From Candidatus Woesearchaeota archaeon (lineage in GTDB: Archaea; Nanobdellota; Nanobdellia; Woesearchaeales; GW2011-AR4), in assembly GCA_023266475.1 (NCBI GenBank), contig JAHFQA010000001.1:1-59132 (forward strand): 59,132 nt of DNA, read 5' to 3'. Shown piece after piece: positions 9,047 through 17,922 of the stretch (its first letter is position 1; each line of letters begins with the position of its first letter). The notes below the pieces were generated by a model. The model was not told the DNA's origin, searched no databases, and worked only from the letters and a program-made list of their open reading frames with translations. Made by a program: the position numbers and the translations under genes.

Positions 9047-9565
9047 ATGATTAAATCAAATACGGTACAAGGAAAGAAAGGAGAAGCTTATCAACCAAAT
9101 ATATTATGTTTTCAGGTTATGCCTGGTCTTGAACCTGAATTATATTCTCCACTTCTAGAGTCGGGTTTAGACGCAATTATTATTGGTACTGTTCCAACTG
9201 GTGGTGTACCAAATGAAGGAGAATTTTCATTTATTACTTTTATTAGAAGAGCAACAGAATTGGGAGTTCCAGTATTTCTGCTTCGCGGTTCACTTTGTGC
9301 TGCTCGAAAACCTAAATATGAATATGAATCTTATAGGAGAGATATGAGAGTGATTTATGAACCAGAAATAGATGCAATAAAAGCTTCTATTAAGGCTGGA
9401 GGAACGCCACTCGAAAGACCAGACATAAGTATGTTGCTTGAAGTTGTAGAAACTATTAGGAAAATATATACAAATAGACCTGGATATGATGAAGGAATTG
9501 GAGAAGTAAGTAGGAGATATAGTAGTCTTGAGTTTATGAATGAAATACAAAGGATTAGGCAATAA
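9047..9565 (+). CDS. Stand-alone asparaginase/glutaminase C-terminal-domain-like protein
   Basis: GLDAIIIGTVPTGGVPNEGE...ELGVPVFLLRGS resembles the C-terminal domain of type I asparaginases/GatD. The N-terminal catalytic domain is absent. Confidence 0.35.
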   Translation: MIKSNTVQGKKGEAYQPNILCFQVMPGLEPELYSPLLESGLDAIIIGTVPTGGVPNEGEFSFITFIRRATELGVPVFLLRGSLCAARKPKYEYESYRRDMRVIYEPEIDAIKASIKAGGTPLERPDISMLLEVVETIRKIYTNRPGYDEGIGEVSRRYSSLEFMNEIQRIRQ

Positions 9566-9631
9566 AATTGTGATAATAGAATGTAATTTTAAATAAAAAC
9601 CTTATTAAATAAATTCATATTCTATTTTTTT

Positions 9632-10183
9632 ATGATAATAGGCCTTACGGGAAAAAATGCAGCTGGCAAAGGAGAAGCTGCAAATTATTTGAAATCAAAG
9701 GGATTTGTTTATTATTCTCTTTCTGATGTCATAAGAGATGAAGCAACAAGAAGAGGACTTGATCATTCAAGGGAAAACTTAATTAACTTGGGCAATGAGC
9801 TAAGGGAAAAATTTGGGCCTGATTATCTTGCAAAAAAGATAAATGAAAAAATTAGAGCTTCCCACGTCGAGGATTTTGCAATTGACAGCATTAGGAGCCC
9901 TTTTGAAGCAAACGAATTAATGAAGAATAGTGATTTTGTCCTAATTGGAGTTGATGCTCCTGTAGAATTAAGGTTTAAAAGATTGCTTGAAAGAAACAGG
10001 CTGGGGGATTCAAAAACATTGGCTGAATTTAAAGAGCACGAGCAACGGGAAAATTTAAAAAGTGATACAAATCAACAGCTTGATAAAACTTTTGGGATGG
10101 CTCAAAGGATTATTTCAAATGACAGCTCGTTGGAAGAGTTGCATAAGAAGATTGATAGTATGTTAAAGGAATTGAATGAATAG
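9632..10183 (+). CDS. P-loop nucleotide (NMP/dNMP or dephospho-CoA-kinase-like) kinase
   Basis: Walker A IIGLTGKNAAGKGE at the N-terminus, and a 183-aa kinase-size protein. It lies next to the dCMP deaminase gene. Confidence 0.55.
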   Translation: MIIGLTGKNAAGKGEAANYLKSKGFVYYSLSDVIRDEATRRGLDHSRENLINLGNELREKFGPDYLAKKINEKIRASHVEDFAIDSIRSPFEANELMKNSDFVLIGVDAPVELRFKRLLERNRLGDSKTLAEFKEHEQRENLKSDTNQQLDKTFGMAQRIISNDSSLEELHKKIDSMLKELNE

Positions 10184-10261
10184 GCAAGGCATTTCGATGT
10201 GGTTGGCTGAGAAATGCTAAGTACTAAATGTTGTGTGCGAAATATTGTGAGCGAAGCGAAC
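10181..10261. repeat. GC-rich intergenic repeat, copy A
   Basis: TAGGCAAGGC...TTGTGAGCGAAGCGAAC shares its 5' and 3' boxes with copies at 36946..37010 and 44914..44980. Its TAG is the stop codon of the kinase gene. Confidence 0.6.
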
Positions 10262-10319
10262 CGATTTAAAAAATTAATAAAGAAAATTTAATAAAAAATA
10301 AACAATACAACTAATCAAA

Positions 10320-10757
10320 ATGTCAAGAGTAAACTGGGAAAATTATTTTATGAACATTGCAAAGCAGGTTGCAACGAGAAGCACTTGCGACAGAAAGCAT
10401 GTTGGATCTGTTATTGTAAGGGACAGGACAATTCTTTCCACTGGATATAATGGCAGCATCAGGGGAATGGCGCATTGCGATGAAGTGGGGCATTTGATGG
10501 AAGAAGGCCATTGCGTTGCGACTATTCATGCAGAAACTAATGCAATTCTGCAGGCTGCAAAAAACGGCGTCATGATAGATGGAGCAGAGGTTTACATAAC
10601 GGCAAGCCCTTGCTGGAACTGCTTCAAGATGCTCGCAAATGCAGGAATCAAGAAAATTTATTACGGAGAATTCTACAGAGACCAGAGGATTTTTGATGTC
10701 GCAAAAAGATTGAGTATTGAATTGATAAATATTCCTGTTGACCAGAAAGAGCTTTAA
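10320..10757 (+). CDS. dCMP (deoxycytidylate) deaminase
   Basis: Zinc-binding motifs HAETNAI and PCWNCFK. Confidence 0.9.
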   Translation: MSRVNWENYFMNIAKQVATRSTCDRKHVGSVIVRDRTILSTGYNGSIRGMAHCDEVGHLMEEGHCVATIHAETNAILQAAKNGVMIDGAEVYITASPCWNCFKMLANAGIKKIYYGEFYRDQRIFDVAKRLSIELINIPVDQKEL

Positions 10758-10808
10758 ATCAGAAAATTATATATACTTATTTAATAAAAATTCTTTAAGT
10801 GAAATATA

Positions 10809-11756
10809 TTGGCAGATAAAAGAGGAAAAAGGACTTCTAAGATTGCAATTGTTGGAGCCGGATTCGTAGGCAGCACAGCAGCTTATGCGTGCCTGATTGA
10901 CGGTGCTGCTTCTGAAATAGCATTGATTGATGTCAACAGGGAAAAGGCAGAAGGGGAGGCAATGGACTTGCAGCATGGATTGCAGTTTAAGCAAAATGTA
11001 AGAGTGCATTTTGGCAGCAGCTATGAATTGTGCAAAGACGCTGAAATTATTGTCATAACAGCAGGAGCACATCAAAAGCCAGGCGAAACAAGGGTTGATT
11101 TAGTCAACAAAAATTCTGCAATCTTTAAAGAGATAATTCCTAATATTACGAAGCACAACAAAGATTGCATTCTGCTTGTTGTCTCCAATCCACTTGATGT
11201 CCTCACTTATTTAGCATTAAAATACTCAAAATTTTCAAAAAACAAGGTTTTTGGCTCTGGCACCATCCTAGACACTGCAAGATTCAGGTACATGCTTGCA
11301 GAATATTTTGAAGTCAGCCCTAACAGTGTTCATGCTTATATTTTAGGCGAACATGGCGATTCATCTTTTCCTGTGTGGAGCACTGCAAACATAGCAGGAG
11401 TAAATTTAAAATTGTTTAAAAAATACAACAGAAAGGCAATGGATAAAATATATCTTGAGACAAAAAATGCTGCTTATGAAGTAATTGCAAAAAAAGGCGC
11501 AACTTATTACGCAATTGGATTGGGAATTGCAAAAGTCATCAGGGCAATTTTGTCTGACCAGAATGAAGTCCTTGCCTTGTCTAGCTATGTTAAGAATTAC
11601 TATGGTATTAAGGATGTTTGCCTTAGCGTGCCCACTGTCGTTAATCGTAATGGGATAAAAGAACAGATTTTATTACCGTTGAATTCTTTGGAGAAGAAGC
11701 AGCTGAGGAAGTCTGCAGCAATTATTAAAGGTGTTTTGGAAAAGTGCGAGTGTTAG
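10809..11756 (+). CDS. ldh: L-lactate dehydrogenase (LDH/MDH family; TTG start)
   Basis: Rossmann motif KIAIVGAGFVGS. AGAHQKPGETRVDL carries the Gln typical of LDH rather than the Arg of MDH. GEHGDS is also present. Confidence 0.8.
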   Translation: MADKRGKRTSKIAIVGAGFVGSTAAYACLIDGAASEIALIDVNREKAEGEAMDLQHGLQFKQNVRVHFGSSYELCKDAEIIVITAGAHQKPGETRVDLVNKNSAIFKEIIPNITKHNKDCILLVVSNPLDVLTYLALKYSKFSKNKVFGSGTILDTARFRYMLAEYFEVSPNSVHAYILGEHGDSSFPVWSTANIAGVNLKLFKKYNRKAMDKIYLETKNAAYEVIAKKGATYYAIGLGIAKVIRAILSDQNEVLALSSYVKNYYGIKDVCLSVPTVVNRNGIKEQILLPLNSLEKKQLRKSAAIIKGVLEKCEC

Positions 11757-11786
11757 AATTTTTATTGTATTTAAAATGCCAGAATT

Positions 11787-12341
11787 TTATTCTGCTAAAT
11801 CATCAATAACCGGCCCTACTATAAGCGATCTTTCTATGCCGTGACTTTTAACAATTTCAAGTATATGTGTCATAAGATTACGTCCAGTTGATTCAACATG
11901 TTTAGCATATTCTTGTGCATTACCCATATCTTTTGCAACAATAACTAAATCGTAATTTGGATCTCTAACTAGTATTCTCCCTTTTGGATTGCTTGATTTA
12001 AATGGAACATCAAAATACCCAAATCTTTCTCCATCTTTATATTTTTCAGCCCTTTCGTTAATGGCTTTTACAGCTTCTGCTAATTGCTCCGGAGAGAGTA
12101 GCTTATTCGACAAGGCTAAAGAGATTATAGATCCAGAAAAATTCAACAAGCCCGGATTGTCACCCCACCTCTGGATGAATGGCATCAACTTATCGCCAAA
12201 TCCATTTCCCTCTGTCGCATTATATAAATCCATTGCAGTTTGTGGCTGTTCCCTAGTTTGAGAGGTCAATACAGATAACATGTCTGAGCCATGTATTTTC
12301 ATGCCATCAAAACCCTTGCTTTCTGATAATTTGTAATTCAT
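11787..12341 (-). CDS. Hypothetical protein (Cys-free, no motif)
   Basis: A 184-aa ORF, co-directional with and downstream of the vapBC pair. Confidence 0.45.
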   Translation of the reverse strand: MNYKLSESKGFDGMKIHGSDMLSVLTSQTREQPQTAMDLYNATEGNGFGDKLMPFIQRWGDNPGLLNFSGSIISLALSNKLLSPEQLAEAVKAINERAEKYKDGERFGYFDVPFKSSNPKGRILVRDPNYDLVIVAKDMGNAQEYAKHVESTGRNLMTHILEIVKSHGIERSLIVGPVIDDLAE

Positions 12342-12455
12342 TTTGCTTAATCCATTCTAAGAGAAACCCCACCATATTTAAATCTTTCTATTAGTTACTA
12401 CTAAATAGTTAGTAATATATTTTCAATTCCCCTCCAACTTCTATAACTTATTTAT

Positions 12456-12863
12456 TCAAATCCTGACTCTTTCAATCCCTTTTACCTTGTCAAAATGCCT
12501 GTCGAAAGAAGCAAGCTCCTTTATTCCGTAATTTTTCATGCACGCAACAACCAGGCTGTCGTCAAAATCCAATTTGTTATTTTCCATTATTTCAGTTGCA
12601 GTATAAAAATCCTCAAATGAGGGCTTTAGTATCTTTAAATTCAAAGAGCTGTTAAAAAATAAAATTGCATTTTTGAGCGAGGTTTTATCATCTAACTTAT
12701 TTTCAATGCCTATAAAGCAGCTGTAAATTAAAAAATCGGACGTAAACAATAATTTGTCTTGTTCCTGCCCGGATTTAAGAAAGATTTTGCATTCTTCGGA
12801 CTTTGCATCCTTCAAAAAAATTTCAAGAAAAATATTGGCATCTACAAATATTTCTTCGCCCAT
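12456..12863 (-). CDS. vapC: PIN-domain toxin VapC
   Basis: IFVDANIFLE at the N-terminus and acidic residues spaced as in PIN domains. It overlaps the upstream small antitoxin gene by 22 nt. Confidence 0.8.
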   Translation of the reverse strand: MGEEIFVDANIFLEIFLKDAKSEECKIFLKSGQEQDKLLFTSDFLIYSCFIGIENKLDDKTSLKNAILFFNSSLNLKILKPSFEDFYTATEIMENNKLDFDDSLVVACMKNYGIKELASFDRHFDKVKGIERVRI

Positions 12864-13108
12864 AATTTTGTTGCCTCGTGCTGCAATTGGACAGATGTTT
12901 TTTTGCCTTTTACGTGGCTTAAAATACCTTCAACCAATTTGAAAGGGTCCTCTACTTTTGGCAATTTTGTGGATTGCTGCATTATCCAGCTGCTCAATGC
13001 TTCCTGCGATGCTTTTTTAATCGAGCCTTTTGAATGGCCAAATTTGCTCATAGCAGCTTCCCTGAACTTATGCTCCAATTCTTTTTCCAGCTCAACTTTT
13101 AATACCAT
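12842..13108 (-). CDS. vapB: VapB-type antitoxin (RHH/CopG-like)
   Basis: An 88-aa ORF that overlaps the vapC start. The N-terminus is beta-strand-helix-like (MVLKVELEKELEHKFREAAM). Confidence 0.6.
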   Translation of the reverse strand: MVLKVELEKELEHKFREAAMSKFGHSKGSIKKASQEALSSWIMQQSTKLPKVEDPFKLVEGILSHVKGKKTSVQLQHEATKLWAKKYL

Positions 13109-13110
13109 AG

Positions 13111-13138
13111 GTACTTACGTACTTAAGTACTATTTAAA
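13111..13138 (-). promoter_or_regulatory. vapBC promoter: TATA box plus palindromic operator candidate
   Basis: On the minus strand, TTTAAATA (13131..13138) is followed by the perfect 12-bp palindrome GTACTTAAGTAC (13119..13130) and a GTAC-containing half repeat, directly upstream of the ATG at 13108. Confidence 0.5.
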
Positions 13139-13149
13139 TTTTCCTGTTT

Positions 13150-14181
13150 TCAATTCCCAACAAACTTAGAATACAAACTTTTCGCTTCATTATCATCCTT
13201 TGCTTTTATCAAAGCTCTTCCATCTTTGAATATTGTAATTTTATCATCAAAATTAACGCAATATCCAAAATCAATGACTTTTCCATTTTTTTTTAATTTA
13301 TTTTTTAATTCCATGAATTGTTTTGAATTAATAGATTTTGTTTTTATCTGAAAAATGCTGTCGCCGCACATTTTCGCAGCCTTTGAAAATTTTTTTCCAT
13401 CTAGGTATTCAAAGTTATTTTTTGCACAGCAATTGCAATTTTTATTTTTGTTAATTTTAATTTTAGACAATTCATTTTTCCAGACGTCAAAAAATAGAAG
13501 ATTTTTTTCAATATTACTCTTTTTCAATATTATTTTTACTGCTTCATTTACTTGGATTGAGGATATAAGATTAGTTATTGTGTTTAGCACCCCAAAAGTT
13601 TCGCATGTATCTAACTGCATAGCTTCTTTTAAAAAACATCTTATGCAGGGATCATTCTTACTTGGAATTACATTAAAAATATAACCTTTGCTCCCGACAG
13701 CTGAAGAATAGATAAACGAAATCTTGTTTTTAATGCAAAAATCGTTTATTAAAAATCTTGTTTCAAGATTGTCGGTGCAGTCCAATACCAAGATTACCTT
13801 GTTTTTCTTATCATTTATTTTGTTTTTATCGTCAATGGATTTTTTTATTGGAATTAGTTGGTCAATATTTTTATGGTTTAAATCATCTGCAAATACTTCA
13901 AATTTTACCTCATTGTTTATTGTTTTTAAATGCTCTTTTGCTGCCAAAGCTTTTGGCTTTCCGACATCTTTCTCTTCATACAAATTCTGTCTCTGAAGAT
14001 TTGGTAATTCAACAATATCCCTGTCTACTAAGATCAGCTTTCCGATTCCTGCTCTTGTTAATAATTCAGCAGAAACAGAGCCAAGAGCGCCTAATCCTAT
14101 AATGGCTACAGTGCTTTGGCTTAGATTTTGCTGTCCTTTTTTCCCTATTTCGCTGAAGACTTCCTGGCGAATATAGCGCAT
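13150..14181 (-). CDS. E1-like ThiF/MoeB/UbaA-family adenylyltransferase
   Basis: Nucleotide-binding motif VAIIGLGALGSVSAELLTRAGIGKLILVDRDIVELPNLQRQ, zinc CxxC pairs (CIRC, CNCC), and a roughly 90-aa C-terminal extension. Confidence 0.85.
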   Translation of the reverse strand: MRYIRQEVFSEIGKKGQQNLSQSTVAIIGLGALGSVSAELLTRAGIGKLILVDRDIVELPNLQRQNLYEEKDVGKPKALAAKEHLKTINNEVKFEVFADDLNHKNIDQLIPIKKSIDDKNKINDKKNKVILVLDCTDNLETRFLINDFCIKNKISFIYSSAVGSKGYIFNVIPSKNDPCIRCFLKEAMQLDTCETFGVLNTITNLISSIQVNEAVKIILKKSNIEKNLLFFDVWKNELSKIKINKNKNCNCCAKNNFEYLDGKKFSKAAKMCGDSIFQIKTKSINSKQFMELKNKLKKNGKVIDFGYCVNFDDKITIFKDGRALIKAKDDNEAKSLYSKFVGN

Positions 14182-14245
14182 AAAGGCAAGTATCCAACTC
14201 GTGTTTTTAAAAGTTTATCATAATCGCTTTGAGTAAGTTTAATAT

Positions 14246-14731
14246 ATGAAAAGCCAAAAACGTCATAAAATGTCAATTTTCCTTAAAAGGCAGGCAAAAG
14301 ATTTGATAAGGGATATTACATCATTAGGAAGCCTGTCATTCTATTTAATTACTTCATTAATATTTCTTTTATTAAATAATTATACAATCTTTAGGAAACT
14401 TGCAATTGGGTTGGTTTTGATTTATGTTGTTGTCATTCCAATAAGAACATTCTACTTCAAGCACAGGCCTGAAAAGTTCGAATACAAATCATATATTGAG
14501 AGGCTTGATGCTTCATCGTTCCCAAGCCTGCATGCGGCAAGAACAGCTTATATGTGCCTCACTTTGATTGAATTTTTTAATGAAAATTTGATTTCATTAA
14601 TCATAGTTATAGTTTCATTAGCCGTATTTTATTCAAGAATTCATCTGAAAAAACATGACATATTGGATATTAGTGGTGGTGCGATAGTCGGGGGATTGAT
14701 ATATTTCTTAGTGTCTTATATTGGCCATTAA
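14246..14731 (+). CDS. PAP2-family membrane phosphatase
   Basis: PAP2 motifs KHRP, PSLHAA and SRIHLKKHDILD within a polytopic membrane protein. Confidence 0.85.
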   Translation: MKSQKRHKMSIFLKRQAKDLIRDITSLGSLSFYLITSLIFLLLNNYTIFRKLAIGLVLIYVVVIPIRTFYFKHRPEKFEYKSYIERLDASSFPSLHAARTAYMCLTLIEFFNENLISLIIVIVSLAVFYSRIHLKKHDILDISGGAIVGGLIYFLVSYIGH

Positions 14732-14758
14732 CCACAAACTTTATATATTACTTAACAA

Positions 14759-15169
14759 TTGTTAACTTCTATGCAAGAAACTATGCCGCAGGAGATAGAG
14801 GTTAGGTACATTCTTCCTGCTATAAGACGGGAATTAGCAAGGATATTCATAAAAGAGCACAAGCTCAGCCAGAAGGAAGCAGCCAAATTGCTTGGATTGA
14901 CAGAGGCAGCTGTATCACAATACCAGCATTCAAAAAGGGCAAAGGAAGTTGTTTTCAGCGATAATGTCATTGAGGAAATAAAGAAATCCGCTGAAAAAAT
15001 TTCAAAGGACAGGAACAGCAGGCAAAGGCTTATTGCGGAAATATACAGGATAAGCAACCTTACAAAAGTGAAGCAGATTTTATGTGATTTGCACAGGTCA
15101 CAATCAAAAGAATTAAGCAACTGCAATATTTGCTTTGAGGAAGGATTGATAGCAATAAAAACGGAATGA
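14759..15169 (+). CDS. HTH transcriptional regulator with C-terminal Cys motif (true start probably ATG 14771 or 14783)
   Basis: HTH LSQKEAAKLLGLTEAAVSQYQHSKRA. The C-terminus carries C-x12-C-x2-C (CDLH...CNIC). It lies directly upstream of sufB. Confidence 0.6.
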   Translation: MLTSMQETMPQEIEVRYILPAIRRELARIFIKEHKLSQKEAAKLLGLTEAAVSQYQHSKRAKEVVFSDNVIEEIKKSAEKISKDRNSRQRLIAEIYRISNLTKVKQILCDLHRSQSKELSNCNICFEEGLIAIKTE

Positions 15170-15284
15170 ATTAAAAAATTTCAATTGAATCGTCCATTAA
15201 CGGTTGAACAATAACTAAATTCCAATAAGTGGTTATTTTAAAAATAAAATGCAATAAAATTACAAATAAAAAATTCAAACTAAA

Positions 15285-16697
15285 ATGGCACCGGCAGCAG
15301 CAACAGAACAGGTTTTCGATAAGGATTACAGCAAGTATGGATTTTCCGACAAGGAAGACTATGTTTTCAAGGCAAAAAGAGGACTTTCAAAAGAGATAGT
15401 TGAAGAAATATCAAGAATGAAGAATGAGCCTGAATGGATGCTAAAAATCAGATTGAAAGCCCTCGAAGAATTCTATAAAAAGCCAATGCCACAATGGGGC
15501 GCTAACTTAAACACAATTGACTTTGACAATATTTTCTATTACATCAAGCCTAGCAGCAAGACAGAAGGCTCGTGGGATGACGTGCCTGAATATATTAAGA
15601 ATACATTCAACAAGCTGGGAATTCCGGAAGCTGAGCAGAAATTTTTAGGTGGAGTTGGTGCCCAATACGAAAGTGAGGTTGTCTATCATAAAGTAAGGGA
15701 AGATTTGGAAAAGCTAGGGGTCAAATTCCTTGATATGGATGGGGGTTTAAGGGAATTTCCTGAAATTGTGAAGAAATATTTTGGAACTGTTATACCATAC
15801 AACGACAACAAATTTGCTGCGCTAAATACAGCAGTTTGGTCAGGGGGCTCATTTGTTTATATTCCAGCAGGCGTCAAAGTTGATTTGCCATTACAAGCTT
15901 ATTTCAGGATTAACGCAAAAAACATGGGGCAGTTTGAAAGGACATTAATAATTACAGAGCCAGGCGCTTCAGTGCATTACATCGAGGGTTGTACAGCCCC
16001 GGTTTATTCAAGCGATTCATTGCATTCTGCTGTTGTTGAATTAATTGCAATGGAAGGCTCTAGAATCCAGTACACTACAATTCAGAACTGGAGCAACAAT
16101 GTTTATAATCTTGTTACAAAGAGGGCATTTGCATACAAAAATGCAACCGTCTTCTGGGTAGATGGAAATTTGGGAAGCAAGATTACTATGAAATACCCGA
16201 GCATTTACCTGCTTGGAGAAGGAGCAAAAGCTGAAATTCTGAGCGTTGCTTTTGCAGGCAAAGGCCAGCATCAGGATGCAGGCGGAAAAATATTGCATTT
16301 CGCACCCAACACAACATCAAGGATTACATCAAAGTCAGTTAGCAAAGACGGCGGAAGAACAACATATAGGGGATTATTAAGAGTTGAAGAAGGCTGCAAA
16401 AACGTTAAGTCCCATGTTAGCTGCGATGCCTTAATTTTGGATGAAAAATCAGCTTCTGACACTGTGCCTTATATGGAAGTCAATGAAAAGGATGTCACAA
16501 TAGAGCATGAAGCAACAGTTGGAAAAATTGGGGAAGAACAATTATTTTACTTAATGTCCAGGGGATTATCTCAAGATCAGGCAATGACTATGATTGTCAG
16601 CGGATTTATGGAACCTTTCACCAAAGAGCTTCCTCTCGAATATGCTATTGAGCTGAACAGGTTAATAGCTTTAAACATGGAAGGTTCTGTAGGTTAA
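15285..16697 (+). CDS. sufB: Fe-S cluster assembly scaffold SufB
   Basis: 470 aa with typical SufB blocks ([40 protein letters not shown]). Confidence 0.95.
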   Translation: MAPAAATEQVFDKDYSKYGFSDKEDYVFKAKRGLSKEIVEEISRMKNEPEWMLKIRLKALEEFYKKPMPQWGANLNTIDFDNIFYYIKPSSKTEGSWDDVPEYIKNTFNKLGIPEAEQKFLGGVGAQYESEVVYHKVREDLEKLGVKFLDMDGGLREFPEIVKKYFGTVIPYNDNKFAALNTAVWSGGSFVYIPAGVKVDLPLQAYFRINAKNMGQFERTLIITEPGASVHYIEGCTAPVYSSDSLHSAVVELIAMEGSRIQYTTIQNWSNNVYNLVTKRAFAYKNATVFWVDGNLGSKITMKYPSIYLLGEGAKAEILSVAFAGKGQHQDAGGKILHFAPNTTSRITSKSVSKDGGRTTYRGLLRVEEGCKNVKSHVSCDALILDEKSASDTVPYMEVNEKDVTIEHEATVGKIGEEQLFYLMSRGLSQDQAMTMIVSGFMEPFTKELPLEYAIELNRLIALNMEGSVG

Positions 16698-16709
16698 AGG
16701 TATTTTTAC

Positions 16710-17921
16710 TTGGTGATTCTCATTATGAAGCAGCAAAATCTGGTTACTAAAAACGCTATGGAATTAATGCCACAGTTTGAAAGCGACTTTGCAAAAAGCA
16801 AAAAAATCGAAGCTTTGAATTCTTATAGATCAATTACCATGCCAAAGGAAAAGGAAGAAGACTGGAGATATACAGAGATTGAGAAATTAAAGCTGGAGAC
16901 ATTCGAGCCTTTCAGGCCAAGCACCAGAATTTCCGCCTCAATATTAAGCGATTATCTGATAGAAAAAGGAATTATTTTAACTGATATAAACACAGCTTTG
17001 GAAAAATATCCTGCTGCGCTTAATTATTATTTCAAAAATATAAATATTGACAGGGAAAAGTTTATTTCTTTGTGCGCTGCACATTTCACAAATGGAATCT
17101 TCCTATACGTGCCAAAAAACATCGAGCTTGATGAACCGATTAAAGTCAATTTTGATTTTGAAGGAAAAACAAGCATTATTCATAATTTAATTATTGCTGA
17201 GGCAAACACCAAAATTGAGTTTATAGAGGAATATTCAAATAAAGACAATGGGGGAGATCAGCTTAACGCATGCGTTACAGAAGTTTATGCAAACAATAAT
17301 TCTCAAATAAAGTTTTACCACCTTAACGACTGGACAAAAAACGCTTATAATTTCACAAACATTATTGGGACTGCAGAAAGAAATGCATCCATAAACTGGA
17401 TTTCAGGCTGCTTTGGAGGAAAACTAAATAGGATTAGAATAGATACAATTTTTAACGGCCAAGGCTCCCAAAGCAATAATATTGGGGTTTTTCTTGGTAA
17501 AGGAAAGGAGCACATTGATTTCACAACCAATGTTTATCATAATACTACCGATACTACGAATGAAATCTTAGTTGACGGAATCTTAAAAGATAATTCCTCT
17601 TCTGTTTACAGGGGTTTAATTAAAATAGAGAAAGCAGCCCAGAAAACGCGCTCCTACCTTGAAAACCATATCTTGAAATTAGGCGACAAAACCTTAGCAA
17701 ACAGCATTCCGAGCCTGAAAATTGACGCTAATGATGTCAAGGCAAGCCACGGAGCCACTGTTGGCCAGATTAACGAAGAGCATATGTTTTACCTTATGGC
17801 AAGGGGATTGTCAAGGCAGGAAGCAGAAAAATTAATTGTTGAAGGATTTTTCGAGCCGGTAATTGAAAAAATACCATTGGAAGAATTAAGGGAGAAGATT
17901 AGGGGATTGGTGAGGCAATAA
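16710..17921 (+). CDS. sufD: Fe-S cluster assembly protein SufD (likely ATG at 16725)
   Basis: A SufB/D-fold paralog directly after sufB (ASHGATVGQINEEHMFYLMARG). Confidence 0.9.
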   Translation: MVILIMKQQNLVTKNAMELMPQFESDFAKSKKIEALNSYRSITMPKEKEEDWRYTEIEKLKLETFEPFRPSTRISASILSDYLIEKGIILTDINTALEKYPAALNYYFKNINIDREKFISLCAAHFTNGIFLYVPKNIELDEPIKVNFDFEGKTSIIHNLIIAEANTKIEFIEEYSNKDNGGDQLNACVTEVYANNNSQIKFYHLNDWTKNAYNFTNIIGTAERNASINWISGCFGGKLNRIRIDTIFNGQGSQSNNIGVFLGKGKEHIDFTTNVYHNTTDTTNEILVDGILKDNSSSVYRGLIKIEKAAQKTRSYLENHILKLGDKTLANSIPSLKIDANDVKASHGATVGQINEEHMFYLMARGLSRQEAEKLIVEGFFEPVIEKIPLEELREKIRGLVRQ

Positions 17922-17922
17922 A

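Noticed and set aside
13355-14102. Plus-strand ORFs (13355..13684, 13724..13996, 13758..14102) opposite the E1-like gene
   Set aside because: These F/L/S-rich translations are typical of the antisense of an AT-rich gene. The minus-strand product has strong ThiF/MoeB motifs.
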